This document shows, in pieces, positions 48,139 to 61,926 of a stretch of DNA of 64,000 nucleotides. The stretch lies in the NCBI GenBank assembly GCA_001179505.1, contig CDMY01000345.1, positions 45,776-109,775 on the forward strand, written 5' to 3'. Each line of letters starts with the position of its first letter. The first letter of the stretch is position 1. The position numbers and the translations under genes were made by a program. Source of the DNA: Vitrella brassicaformis CCMP3155. Its lineage: Eukaryota > Protista > Chromerida. The notes below the pieces were generated by a model. The model saw nothing but the letters and a program-made list of their open reading frames with translations, did not search any database and was not told the origin of the DNA.

Positions 48139-48937
48139 GTGAGGGGCGGCGCGAGTAGGTAGACAGAGGGGCTACGGTAGCCGCCCGGATTGTTTTGGTT
48201 TAACGATAGATGGGGTGGATCCATCTGTGTGTGTGTGTGTGTGTGTGTGTGTCTGAGAGGGGGGAGAGGAGGGGTGAGGGGCCGTTTTGATGTGTCGGCG
48301 GTCGGGTGCGACCGTCTTTCTCTCTCTTGATGCAGCCGCATGTGTGTGGGTGTGCGAATTGCATGCGATTGGATGACAGGCTCCGACCTGATTGCCTGCC
48401 ATCGTGGGAGTGCCGCTACTGTGGGAGTGCCCTCATGTTGGTGTCGTTTGTGCGCGTGTCATTCTAGACGTCGATGAGATGGTGGGTCAGTCCACCAGTT
48501 CACCAGCGTCTACGCCGGCAGGCTCAGCAGATGACACCACCAGGAGAGCTGACCATCCACTCGCCTAACCAAACAATGTGATCTATGCGCGTAGCGTAAC
48601 ATGACCATTCCTCTAGAATGTCCCGGATGGGAACCCTCGCCGGCCCATCCTCGCCGAAACATTGGCCCCCACCTTGCGAATCGCAACAGCTTTCGAGAGA
48701 GGCGAATTAGATCGGTCACAGCTGCGGCGATCGGCCATTTCGCAACCATTTCGCAGCCCGAAGGCCCTGAGGCTCAGGGCGGACTGAATGGACAGCAGGA
48801 GCTCTAGAGAGGCTCTCTGCGCATCAATGCACCATCCAGCTCCTGTAAGCCGACACAAGTGACACCGCACGAGCCCTCCCCATTCACGACTTTGTTTGTC
48901 TGAATATCAGCAGCAGCATAGCAGCGACGTTCGGAAA

Positions 48938-51900
48938 ATGTCACACTCATCGCATGATCAGGCTCTGGCCGATCCAGGGGCTGTGTGCGGGCGCATGGCG
49001 TCCCTCAGTGGGATGGGCGTGACGGCACCAACGCCTCCCAGACGAGGCAACAAACATCCGGTGAGAAAAAGAGAGAGAAACGACTGTAGGTGATGAGGGA
49101 GGGAGAGGGAGCTGTGCCATCCATGTGTTGGTTGCATGGTCGGCTTGTCAGATTGGTGCGTCGTCGGTAGACCCACAGCCGGCCAATCCCCACCCACTGC
49201 CTCCTAAGAGGGCCGCTTCATACACCAACGGAATCGTACGGAGAGAGAGGGGGAGAGGGAGACGGCCCCAGATCTCTCAGTTCAATGTCTGTTCTCTGCA
49301 GGCATGTGCTGCCCCGACTGTGCACAAGGTTGCGAGCGACCCCTGTGTGGTCCGTGAGGGCATCGTGGGCGGCGCGGGCTGCAGCGGCCGGTGCAACACC
49401 ATATCCACCACCAGCGACGTGCACAACGAGGTCGCCCCTCCCGCCCCTGCCGGCAGCAGGAGCTTCGACAGAGACGAGGAGAGGACCGGCCCTGTGCACG
49501 TCGCCAAGGCGCTCAACCTGGACCTCTCCCGGATGGCCAGCGAGAAGGACACCAAGGCAAAGGCAAAAGCAAAGACAGACGCCCAGCAGCAGCCGGAAAG
49601 GTAAGCAGACAGGCGAGCGAGGTTTTTTTCCACTCACTGTGGGCCTTTCCTTTCTCTCAGTCCGAAGGCACCACCCAAGCCCCCCCGGCGTCGCAAGAGC
49701 TCCACGCGTTCCCCCTCGCCCCGCAATCGCGGCCCTCCCCTGAGCAAGAGCAAGACGGCCTGCGCCAAGAAGGAGTGCGAGAAGGCCGACAAGGAGACAC
49801 AGACACCGCGCAGGAGCGAATCGCAGATGACGCCACGCAGCAGCCGCACCCGACCACCTATCGTTCCACACATTCCTTTGCCGCCTCGCCGGTCGCTCAC
49901 GGATCGTATGGCTGGCGACGGGAGCCAGGGGGCCTCGGCAAGGGAGCGGGCTGTGGGCGGAGAGAGGGAGGGGAGGGACAGAGGGGTCGGTGACGACGGG
50001 AGCTCGCCTCGTTCTTTGGTTGAAGGTGAGAGGGAAGAGAGGGAGGGGTGTGGCGGTCGATGTGTCATTGTGCTGTGATGTCTTGTGTGGTGCAGTGTCA
50101 GGTGGCCGCAACACGCGTGCCCGCAGCGCTGACAGGCGGCCGAGGGAAGACGAGGGCTCCTCCGTGTCTCCCTCACACGCCGCAACGCACCGCTCCTCGC
50201 GTCAGCCCGATCAGGACATCCTTGCTCATGCCCGGTCAGACACAGACAACACGCGCATGACACACACCCCCACCCACATGTCTCCGTCCCCCGCAGGATC
50301 CGCCGCGACCTTCGGAAGCGGCAGCTGGAGGAAGAGAGCCGACGCGACCTCACCTTTCGGCCGCAGGTCAACCCCTCCGAGCACCTCCTGCCCACACACG
50401 TGACGCTAACCTCGCCCCCGCCGCCCTCCGCTCTCCCCTATCGCCCGGCCGACATGCCATTGGCTGGCCTCGTCCGGGTGGATGACCTGAACGTCTTCAA
50501 CCGGCTGTATTCCTATTTTTTGCAGCAGAGGGAGATGGAGGCGGAGGCCACGCAGCAGCGTCAGGGCAACGGAAAGGGCGATGGCAAGGGCCGCAAGTGG
50601 GAGGACGTGGCTATGGCGAGTTTCTTGCTGCATCGGCAGGCCGGCGAGAGGGATGAGCGGTCAGAAAGGCGGCTACGTGTGTGGGTTGTCTTCCCAAAGA
50701 GACATGACTGATGGCGCGTTCGTTTCTCTTTCTGTCTGTGTGTCCAGGTTGCGTGAGGCCCGGGATCGCGAGATGAAGCGGATGGCTGACCGCCAGAAAG
50801 CCGTTCTCCGTGTGCAGAAGAAATCCAAGTCCTACTACCAATTGGCTCTCGAGAAAGAGGTCAGCTTCCCCCCCTCCCCAATCTCCCTCTCCCTCTCGCC
50901 TTTTGCATGTTGTCGATGCGTGCAGGTGATGGAGGCGTTGCGTCTGGCGAACCCCGGCAGGGCCGACAGGGTCCTGACCCGCGAGACGCTGGAGTTTTGC
51001 CTGATACAGATGAAGTGCATCAGCCTGCTCACGCCATGCTTCGACAGCAAATCAGCCGAGAAGCGGCTCCGGAAGAGGCAGCGAATGCTGGACAACCTGT
51101 GGAGGTCAGACACAGGGAGGCAGGGAGGGAGGGAGGGGAAGCCTAGATCTCTATACCTCTCACACACACACTCTCTCTCTCTCTCTCTCTGTCTCTGTGT
51201 GTGATGCCGTTCATTCAGGATGCTTGATTTGTATGGGCTTGGCTGGGTGGAATGGGTCACGATGGTCGTGTTTTTCCAAGTGCTGATGGGCGCGCACTCA
51301 CCAGAGTTTGAGGACAACAGGGGCTGGCAACTCCCACCACAACCACGCCCCCATCCCCCGGCAGCAGCAGCAGCGGCGGCAGCTGCGCAGCCCCAGGAGG
51401 GGCAGGAAGGACAGCCCCAGGACGGCGGCTCAGAGCCACCCCCACCCCCACCTCCGCCCGTCCCCGCCCCGATTCCAAAAATCGGATCGTACCAACATAT
51501 TCGTGAATTGATGACGCGGTAATCCAGTTAGTCAACGAGAGAGACACAGAGGGAGGGAGGGACGTCAGCAAGCCGTCTTTGTCCCTTTGTCCGCGTCATG
51601 CACGCAGGTTTCGCCAGAATGCGCTGCGGCGGGAGTTTCGTGAGCTGTTCCACCACCGTCTGTCGCACACCAAGGCCATGGCAGCCAAGGCACCCAAGGC
51701 AGCCGCGGCAGCCACGGCAGCCAACAAGGCGGGCAGCAGGCCGCAGACCGCTCGGACGCCGCCGACCTCCCCACGGCTACTCTGCGCCGCCCGGTCGAGG
51801 CCCGCGCGACACATGCAGGTACACAGACCACACACAGACCCACTCGTGTGTGCACTGATTTGTCTGTCTGTCTATCAGCGCCAAGGAGACCTCTCACCCC

Positions 51901-52536
51901 CAATGGCCGTGGCTCGCTCCTTTCCAATACCAGAGCAGCAGCAATACCACAACCACCACAAGCAGCCGATGGGGCAGCAGCAGGTGCCGATACAAGAGGG
52001 CGGCGGTAGCGGCCAGTATGGGCAGCATGATGACGATGATGGCCACCATGACCAGTATGACCAGCACATCGACGATGACGACGACGACGGCTCCTTCTCC
52101 CTGACCTACTCTGAGTCTGAGGACGACGGACAGCCCGAGGGAGACGAAGACGGAGAGGAGGAACATGAGACACACAACCACCATGAGCAGCAGCAGGAAG
52201 ACGTGGCGATACTCCTCCACGACAACCGGCACTCGCTCATGTCGCAGACTTCACGGTACACACGCGGCGCAGAGAGAAAAGGTCCATAAGAATCGAGGCT
52301 GGCTGTCTGTGTGTGTCAGGATATTGGCCGAGCGGCGTATGCATCGCGAGATCGACGAGATTCGGTCGGCCGAGCAGTCGCCCCCCTCGTCCAACGAGGA
52401 GTCGCCCAAGTCACGCAAATCTGGCGACCCAGCAGCCTCTGGCACTGCCCCATCCAACAGCAACAACCAACACGCAAAGGCACGCACACGCGCCGCCACA
52501 CATCCCGAGAAGAAGACCCGGATCCACCTGCATATG

Positions 52537-52568
<32 letters not shown>

Positions 52569-53178
52569 TGCGCAGGGAGCCACCATGACGGTAGCCGACC
52601 TGCTGGAGTGGCGGAAGCGCAAGACAGAGATGCGGCTGCAGGCCTCCCGCCAGCAGAAGGAGGCCGATCAGCTCAAAGGCTGCTCATTCAGACCAAAGCT
52701 CACACCCTATCACGCACCCGGCGGGCACACCCACCCCCACCCCCACATCCACACCGAGCAGCCCATCAGGAACAGCGTTTCCCGGTTGCAACGAGACGCG
52801 GCTCCTGTTGTGTCCCGCCACGACGAGCTCTACGCCAAGGCCATGTCTCAGCAGCAGAGGCGGCGGGAGATGTGTCAGCTGGTGCGCACGGAGCGGGCCC
52901 AGAGGGAGATGGAGGCCTGCACCTTCCGACCACAGATCAACCCGTTGCCACATGACAAGAACCGGCCAGCTGCAAAGACTGCAAAGATCAACAGGCCCCC
53001 ACTCAGCAACAACACCAACGCTCACTCGACCCGACAGAAGGCCACAGGCCAAGCGCTTGGCCAGAAACGCGTCGTCCGTGATCAGCGCAGAGTGGTGTCT
53101 CGCGAGGAGGAGATGCCTCCTATCACGCCCATGCCCACACCCAATCCGGCCTCTCCTGAGCACCAGCAGCGCCAATTC

Positions 53179-53213
<35 letters not shown>

Positions 53214-54268
53214 GGTCTCCCCTCCCCGGTCCCCTCCCCACTCAGCGCGCCTGCGTGACATTCCTGATCATGAGAACCAAACCAGTGACCCAGACAGCCA
53301 CGAGACGCCGGCTCCTGCAGACGACGACAGGGTGCCCGTTGGCGGCGATGGCGGTGGCGGTGTTGGTGGTGTTGGTCTGGATGGTGCAGATGTATACGGG
53401 GTGGCTGGAGGCGCGGCGATGCGGCAGCTTCTGCAGCCGGCGTCTCTGGGTGAGACAGCAGCGCGGGAGGAGCCCCATGGCGTGGGGCAGCAAATGCCTG
53501 ACGGACTCGACAAGGACACGGCCGACGAACACACGCAGAGTAGGCAACGGAGAGAGACACTCAATTGACAACCACCACCACCACCACCATCTGTCAGCTC
53601 TTCTGTCTTTCTGTCTGTCTGTCTGTCTGTCTGTGTGTGTGTGCAGAGCAGCAGCCTGTTCCGCCGCCCTCTTCGACTCAGGAGACGCTGTCGCCTCCCT
53701 CTTCCCTCCCGTCGTCCCCCTCCTGCCCACCCCCGCCGGCTCCCGTGTCCGAGGCAGAGGCCCTGCTGCTGGTTGATGTCAACCTCGCCGCTGACACGCC
53801 CCCACAGCGCATGGTCATTCGCTACGGCGACGACCCACAACTGGTGAGTGAGTGAGCCTCACAGACAACAAAGGCAGCAAGGAAGGAGAGAGGGAGGAGA
53901 CACAAGGGTGTGCACATGACATGTGAGGTCCGTGTGTGCGGTGGATGGATGGATGGATAAATCAGTTGGCCCGGCGCTTTGCCGTCGAGCATGGGCTGCG
54001 TCCCGAGTACGAGGCCAAGCTCCTGGACTTCCTCCGTGCGCAGATCTACCAGTTCTACCAGCCCACAATGCAGGCAGGCGACTTCTACAGCCCACAGGCA
54101 TACCCACAGCAGCCAGGGCCGGCCCAGCACTCGGGTGCGGGGCACCTGGCCACGGTGCCTGAGGAGGCGCCTGAGGAGCAAGATGAGGAGGTGCAGCAGG
54201 TGGTGGAGGGGTGTGCTGATGGTGGTGAGCAGCAGCTTAAGGGCATGAGACGCTGCTCATCGGCGTGA
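48938..54268 (+). CDS. Large low-complexity/coiled-coil protein with C(S/T)FRP repeats, probably cytoskeleton-associated (start uncertain)
   Basis: Many spliced exons. DVFNRLY-like and RHDELY motifs, LKGCSFRPKL and EACTFRPQIN repeats, C-terminal LLLVDVNL..RMVIRYGDDPQL|LARRFAVEHGL..KLLDFLRAQI. The functional call is inference. Confidence 0.55.
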
Positions 54269-54619
54269 GTAGCCAGCCAATCGGTCAAGTGAGTGAGGGG
54301 GGAGGAGACGTCCGTCTGTCGGTGTTTGTTTGAGAGCATCCGATCCCTGTGCAGACTTTTGTACGTGTGTGAGTGACTGACGAGGGAGGAGACGTCTGTC
54401 TGTGTCGGTGCGTGTCGGTATGTGCCTGCAAGAATGAACGAATGGATTGGTCGGGATTCCGCGATGCTTCCTCGGTTGGCCATGACAGTTGACGCACACA
54501 TACGTCATCAGGCGGTCCAAAATCACACACATCGAGTCAACCACGGGTATACACTACACGTGCCCACGTATCTAGGCAGTCCCGTATCCATCAAAACCTC
54601 ACTACACCTGCTGCCAATC

Positions 54620-56471
54620 TCTACGAAAGCTGGCTACGGAAAAAGCCGTCGGTGTCGAGCTCACCGAAGAGGCTTGTGTCGTGCAGGGGTGCCGGCAGGT
54701 GTGGTGCCGTAAGATCATCCTCTTCTCCGTCCATCGGCAGAGCAGGGAACGGAGGCGGGTGACTGTGTGACGAGTGGGCGGGTGTGGGGGCCAGGGGCCA
54801 CTTATGGGATGGCACCGGTTGCCCGTCAACTCCTGCATACACCAAACGCACCCGAACAGAGGCACACATCGACAGCGCGCCCGAACACAGGCATAAGTGT
54901 CTGCCAATCACCTGCGTGTGTCGTGTGAGATTTCGCTCGTGCGTAGGCCTCGTCAATGTCCTTGAACGTGTCACCTCTGGCCTCCACCATGAAGCACACC
55001 CTCCCCGACGGACTCGTGCCCACACCGAAGCCCTCTCCCTTCTGGATGCTTATCGCATAGGCCTGGAGCTCAGCCAGAGGCCGCGACCCACCTGAGCACC
55101 AACACACAAGATACACTTCCGCCACCATCACCGCACGGCTTACCGGCGCTTAGCGTGTTGCTATCGGAGTATACGATCGGAGGAGGGGTCGTCTCCGTCA
55201 TCTGACAGTGGAGGAAGGAGAGCAGCGTGATGCACTCATTGATGTGATAGTGAGGAGGTGGACCCACCTGCAAACTCAAACTCACACCCGGCCCACCAAT
55301 TCCGAGCCTGCATCAACCAGACCACAACAGAGGGGTCCTTCCCTGCACTTGCTGCCACCTTACTGGTTGCTGGTAGGGCTCGACTCGCTTGGCGGTGCCG
55401 TTGGCATAAAGGCCTGAGAGGAGAGGACAACAGGTAAAAGATCTGCTGCTCTGGTCGCTATCCTTACCTGTTGCTCAACTGACGGGCATTGATACAGGTA
55501 TGTGCTAGCGAAGGTCATCTGCATCCATGAAGAAGTGAAGAGAGCGACCATGGAGGAGAGAAGCGACATGTGCTCGCCGCTGTCTGCTCACCTGCTCTTT
55601 TCGTTGAAACTTGTTCATCAGGTCAGCCGGCATCTTCACCTGCAGGTCAAGCACAACACAAATAAATGAGTCGGCGAAGATGCACTCACTCTCTTCTGCC
55701 ACCCTCCCACCCACCCACCTCTTTTCTCTTGCGCGTCTCCAGTTTCCTCTGCTTTGTCGCGTCAGAGAGAGCATCCCAGTGGTATTTCTCCATGTGGTGG
55801 TCGTGCCCCTTGCGCATGCACATCCGCCCACAGATGCCCCCCGTGTCCACGTCGGTCTCGCCACACCAGACGATGTTCTGGTCGCAGTTGGTGGAGCTGA
55901 TGGGGGAGTACTTGATGCTGTACTGCAAACGGTCCAGCCCTCCGCAGAAGACACGCAGCAGACACGTGTCTTCTGCGGAAACGTGGTCCGTGACGGTCCC
56001 CAGAAACGCGTGAGGCGCTCGGTAGGCGAAGTTGGTGTACTTGTACATGCGGTCTCTGCCGCCACGATCCGCTGGTGCATCCGTCTGGGCACTTGGTGTG
56101 GGTGCGCAGGTGATGATCACGTGTGGCCCGAGGAGGCGCCCGACAAGGCCAGGATTGAGCTGCAACTCGACGGTGTCCACGTCCTGAAGCACTCGCTCCT
56201 TTGAGCGCGGGTCGTACAGCTGACGGCGACGTCCACCGGCCGACACAATGACGATCTTGCCGCCGCCTTTGAGGTTCTTGAAGTTGGCCTGGACGACCGC
56301 GAAGACGTATGGCGCTGCACGCACACAAACACACATGGGCATTAGCGTGATATTGGGCTGATGAGGGAGCTGCGTGCACCTGTGATTAATCACCTGCTGG
56401 CACGAGGAGTGAATCTCCTTGACCAGTGAAAGACGACATCTCTGCAGGTACGCCCTGTCCTGCATGAACAA
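54620..56471 (-). CDS. Hypothetical protein with possible atypical C2H2-type finger
   Basis: Long coding-like exon (FAVVQANFKNL..WCGETDVDTGGICGRMCMRKGHDHHMEKYH..RKLETRKRKE|VKMPADL) plus downstream exon-like segments. Structure unresolved. Confidence 0.4.
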
Positions 56472-57614
56472 ACAAACCTCGTAAAGGCACTTGTGTGGAT
56501 CAGGGTGAGGCCTCTGGTCTCACCTTACACGCTGAAGGAGCTGTCCGTGAGACCAAACAACAGCGTGCGCAATGAGGCGAACAGGCAACAAAATGCCTGA
56601 GTATGCCTGCTGCTGCCGTGAAGCAGCCTGCAGGTATTCTGAAAGCGCCATTAACCAATGCTGGGGTCCGAAAAAGAGGAGGACCATTATCGGTGGAAGC
56701 TCGCGATCGTGATGCGAGCTCAATGTGCGCCGATAATGATGAAAACACAGTAACCAACCAACCAAACGGGAGTGGCACTCTCATTCTGTCATGCATCGAT
56801 TCGATCCGAATTCATGAGTCGGAGATCTGTCACTTTTGCTCAATCGTGATGAGCAATTGAGGATGAGTGATTTTGACTCACAGGTAGTGTGACTGCACTG
56901 CCTCACACATGCCATCTTTGTATGGTTCTCGTGTGTGTTGATCCAGGATGAGGGGAGGAGGGCAGCCGCAGGAGCTGAAGAGCATCATCCTGGCAGCCAA
57001 ACACAAGTACTGCCCCTACACAGGCAAGCTGAGTCACTGTTTGATGGTATTTCAGGTTGGCCTCGGTGATGAGCTTACTGTCCCTGGCCTGGATGAGCCA
57101 CACGAGCAGGGCGCACCCATCGGCCCACAGACTCCGATTGTCTGCGGCGGTCAGCCGGCATTCAGCAGTGGCGTACCGGCGACCGAAGAGCTCCAAGCAG
57201 GCGGGCAACCTGAGGGATTCAGTCTCTCGCAAGTGAGCAAGCTGCAAAGCCATCGGTAATATGCACCCTCCTGCCTTCTGTGTGTCTTTCCATTCCAGCC
57301 CGCGGATGCATTGGCGGCACAATGTGACCTTTCGGAGCAGCAGCCCTTCAGATGGCCTTTCGATATCTCTCCAGCTGTGCCGTTCAATCTGCACTCTTCC
57401 GCCCATTCGGAGGCGCCGCTCTTTCCAACACTCGGGCCGCAGGAAGCAGCACAGGTGAGGCAATAGGATCCACTCTTTCTGTCCTGTGGGAATGTGAATG
57501 TGTGTGACTTGTCAGGGCCATGTGTGCTCCGCGCTCCCATTCCCCCACCTGCCCCTTGTGCCGTACGAGTCGTCAAGACAGCGGGCAGAGTCTATTCCGC
57601 CACGCCTGTCGACA

Positions 57615-59352
57615 ATGCCGGCAAGACAGTCTTCACAAGTGAGAGGCACGCAGACTGTCGTTCGATTCATCGCAGCCTTGTACGTGTGCCTCTTCAGGTG
57701 ATGACCAAGAGGGCGGGGGAGGTATCTATCGGCGAGCGCTGTCGATTGGTCGCCGAATTTAATCGACGCAAACAGACCGGAGAGAAGATCACAATGCCTC
57801 AGTTTGCGCAAGAGAAGGGCATCGAGCAGACACGATTCAAGAAGTGGTGCTCTGCCATCAAGAAACAGCAGGAGGAGGAGGGCGGGCAGGTGTGGGACGC
57901 AACCAGGAAGCGCAACCGAAAGGGCAAATTCCCCGAGCTCGAGGTCGAGATGTGGAAGTGGCTTTTTGGCCACCAAGATTCAGCGGCAATCCCCCCGAAG
58001 CTCATCAGGGCCAAGGCCTTAGAGATCGCTGGCCAGCTGCGAATCGATGGCTTCTCGGCTAGCGACTCATGGATCACGGCCTTCAAGAGACGATGCCGGC
58101 AGGTGGGACAGAGCACAATCAGAGAGGGCAAAGCCATTGTTCGTCGATTCCTTGTTGTCCATGTGACCTCTGCCAGAATCCCCCTGAGACGTATGAGCCA
58201 TCAGCTGCACCTATTGCAGTCGCTTCGTCGCGTACTGACGTCCAACCAGCGCAGGTAGGAAGAGTCTTGTGTGCATACTTTGTGGATGGGGATGAGTTCA
58301 ATTTATTGGCGCAGGCCTGGATGGGCAGACTGCCCTGCGACGTTGAAGCGTCAACTTACCATCAGAGCACGTCGCGGCTGATCAAGCAGGACCCGCCTGA
58401 TTCGCAACCCCTACCCGTCGCCCAAACACCATCCCTGCAGCTCCCATTAGCAGCTGCCGATCATCTCCACCCCCCGCCGCGGTCGATCAGTTACTATCCG
58501 ACGCCGCGGACGAACGCAGGAGGGCGAGAGCAAGGCTTGGGACACTCAGACACAAATGGCCTGAGCAGACATGTACGCATCAGACAGGCATGAGCGCACC
58601 ATAGAAGCTTCCAGTCATTCATATGGTTGACTTCTCTCAGCGCTTGGCGTCATCTGATCCGTCGGCAGCGGCTGCACTCCCCTTTCCCATCGCTCCAGCT
58701 CACCTAACTCACCCACACCACCTTCCAATGTCCTTCGACGATCGCGCTCCGTCGAGCGGCGCGACCCCAGTCCCCTTCCAATCAGACCCAATCGCGAGGC
58801 ACCGCCAGGTCGAGCATCAGATGCGTCACTGGATGGAGGGCTTTTCGCTGCCGGCGCGTGTGGCTCCGGAGGCCATCAGGGCCAGAGTGATGGAGGTCGC
58901 CGGTCAGCTGGGTATCGATGGCTTCTATGGCGATTCATGGATCGCAGCCTTCAAGCAGCGATGGCAAAAGGTGGGACATAGCAAACAGTCGGAAAGACAT
59001 GCTGTCATGCTGTATGGATCTGTAGAATCCCGCCTGCTTCATCGCCGGCAGGAACAATCGGGACACATCGCCCCCAATCGAACAGGTGATAAGCAGGCTC
59101 ATGTCCCACATGCTTTCAGGTTTATCATCGTCTCCCAGAGCCACCACGAGATTGCTGCTGCAGCGGCCTCCATGCCTCCTCCATCGGTACCATGAGAGAC
59201 TCATTGATGGATTCATTTTAAGACTTCCTGTGTCTTTTCAGAAACCCGGCGTGGCATCAGAACTGGTTCATGCATTGCAGGTGGTACGAGAAGCGTGCCA
59301 TGAACCAGTCACGGCTGCCAATGTGGCTCGTTTGTATGCAGGCGATGAGTGA
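57615..59352 (+). CDS. Protein with HTH_psq-like and two CENP-B/Tc5-type HTH domains, no DDE domain (pogo/Tigger-derived)
   Basis: SIGERCRLV..AQEKGIEQTRFKKW..RKRNRKGKFPELEVEMWKW..IRAKALEIAGQLRIDGFSASDSWITAFKRR. Second copy HRQVEHQMRHW..IRARVMEVAGQLGIDGFYGDSWIAAFKQRW. Confidence 0.8.
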
Positions 59353-59649
59353 GCAGAACCGAGTTGACACTGTTTCTGGTGCTCAAACAGCGGATGACAC
59401 TCAAGCCGACGGACACACAGAGAATGTGAATGCGGAGAATGTGAATGAGATGCTGGTAGGAAGACCGAGGCCGCAAACAAGATCAGTCAGTCACATAGGC
59501 GTATGTCCCTGGTGCCTCGCATGGTCTGTAATGTATTCAGGCACTCACACTTGACACAGCTCCTTCACATCGGCCTCACCCACATTCACAGCATACACCG
59601 CTGTTCTCGACGGCTCGCACCACGGATCGAAGAGACGGCAAGGTCGGAT

Positions 59650-60440
59650 TCGCCAACTCGGGCGATGGCGAGTTCCAATCCAACTCGGGTGACTTCAATG
59701 CTCCCAATCTCCAACGGTTGGGCAGCGAGAAAGTTGATGTCACCTACAACTCGAACGATTGGTGAGTTGACACAGAAGACACTCGTACATGGATATGGAT
59801 GCAATTATGCACACTTATCGCTCTGCACCACCAGGTTGTATGGCACGTGCACACGTGGGCGCAAAGCGGGCTTCAGTGGATGGCTCCCTTCCGCAGCCGA
59901 GACAGAGCCGCTCTCGGAGCTACTGGGTGTGTCGAGCCTGGTGGTCTCGCTGCAGAGTCTCGCCAGCACGGTGCCTTTGACGGAGCCAGTGGTAGGTTTA
60001 GACCCAGTACTTTTCTCACTGCACATCTTATTCCTTTCATTGTAGGCCACTGTGATGATCGAAAATCAGCTTTCATTCATCGTTTCCACGATTCACAAGA
60101 ATCGAGCGGCTATCAACCAGAGGGAAGGGGAGATTGTGAGTCAAATGGGGGACGACATGAGAGACTTGCTTATGAGAGTGGCACCGCACGTCGGCGAATG
60201 CCATGAGGATTTGATAAGTGCGCTCCGACGACTCGGCGAGGAGATGACTGACAACGCTGCAACAGCATCTTCTGGTCTTGGCGACTCGCTGAATGGCCTT
60301 CTCCAGTCGCCAACAGGATCTGAAAATGTCGGGTGGTCTTGCGAAGCTCTGAAGGCCGTTGCGAGATGGACCGTCGAACAATTCAACAAATCGAGAGAGT
60401 AAGCAGCCATATGGATACGTATACCGCTTGCACTCATGCG

Positions 60441-60474
<34 letters not shown>

Positions 60475-61900
60475 TGTGTGCGTGTCTCCGTGTGTGTGCG
60501 TCTGTGTGTAACGTTCTGTCGATGGTTTACGAAAGACTCGCAGAGCACGGTGCGCCACCCGCAGAGCACAAAGTGGCCAAGCCGGCAGTCGGCACTGTTA
60601 TTGCAGGTTAGCTAGATGCCTCCGCAGAGTGAGCGTGTGTTCATTTGTGTTCGAATGTGTGTTCAGATGTATACTTGTCCGAGCAGTCTGAGCTGCTCTT
60701 GCTTCGCTGTGACGACCAGGTGTTGGCGATGCACACGGACGGCAGGGGATGGATGTACGGCAGATGCATCAAGGGCAATATGAAGGGACATAGCGGATGG
60801 TTTCTCTCCACCATCGTCACATTCGACAACAACCCACAGGCCAGCCCATCTTCTTCCACCGCAGCTAGCGCAAGGCGCCTTCCTGCCGCACATCGGACTC
60901 AAGAGCCCCCTGCATCAGCTTCAGCTACCATGTCTGCTGCACGCCTTTTTGACTCCGTCCAGTCGCCTCTATCCATCACCAGTCACCCAGCCCCACACCC
61001 TATTGCACCTACCGGCATCGGCAGGTGCGATGCGGATGCTGCTGCTTCACAGCAGTTGCAGGGCGAGGAAGCTGCATTTAGACACACAGCGGATGCATTT
61101 ATCGGCCGACATCGCCACGATGAGCCAGAAGGGCCTCCTCAAGTAGAGCGCCCTCCGCCGATTGACGACCACAGCCAGCAGGTAGACACAATCGATCAAT
61201 AATACACCAGTGAGCAAGCCTTTCTCTGCGTGCAGCCACCGACTGTGGCAGCAGCAGCTGTGGACCGACAGTCAGACCACTCACGTAGCCGGAATACTAT
61301 GAGCGTAAGAAAGCACAATATCAGTGCAAACAAGCCGGAGACACATGACCGACGCACATTCGTACTGTGTCCTCTCAGGTCATCCATTCAGAGGACAGGA
61401 GAACAGCAAGTGGCGACCGACATCTGAATTACCAGAAGAGTGACGGATTTGCTCACTTTGCGAAGCCGCCCTCGGCGGTGAGCAGTGCATTGGGATCTAC
61501 TACACTGTTTTGTTGCCACATTCGTGTCTGCTTGCCGTTTAGGTACCGTCGCGTTCGTCGGTCAAGTCTGTGGTCAGCATCACTGTCGATGATTATCTTA
61601 GCGACATACTGGAGGTCAGCCACACAAGCAGGATGACAGGTACAGGCCGTAAGCTATCCTGCCCGTCTGTCTTGTCATCAGCATGACGACAATGAAACCA
61701 GCTTGGCGCGTTCTGTCGTGAGTACCGAAGACAACGACTCAGGAGAAAAGGTGAGGTTGGATCGAAATGGCACGAAGAATCAGTCCTCGTTTTCTTTCTT
61801 GCATTCGCAGAACAATGATAGCGGCGCGACAGACGAAGACGATATGTCGCATCGCGTACTCGAGACCCACGAGAGCACCACAGCACGCGCAGTACGACGG
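59650..61900 (+). CDS. Coiled-coil plus SH3 domain protein; may continue into the downstream TLDc/SH3 segments
   Basis: Helical exon 60052-60400. SH3 pattern YLSEQSELLLLRCDDQVLAMHTDGRGWMYG..SGWFLSTIV at 60670-60820. Further spliceable low-complexity exons follow. Confidence 0.55.
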
Positions 61901-61926
61901 CTGCCTGTGTGTTGTGTTGTCTGCAG

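Noticed and set aside
48400-48900. Intergenic segment with short hairpins (ggatggg..cccatcc) as a possible ncRNA
   Set aside because: Stems of this length are expected at this GC content, and no snRNA or snoRNA boxes were recognised.
56903-57463. Coding-looking ORFs on both strands between the orphan gene and the CENP-B gene
   Set aside because: I could not decide the strand or build a consistent spliced model, and no motif was recognised.
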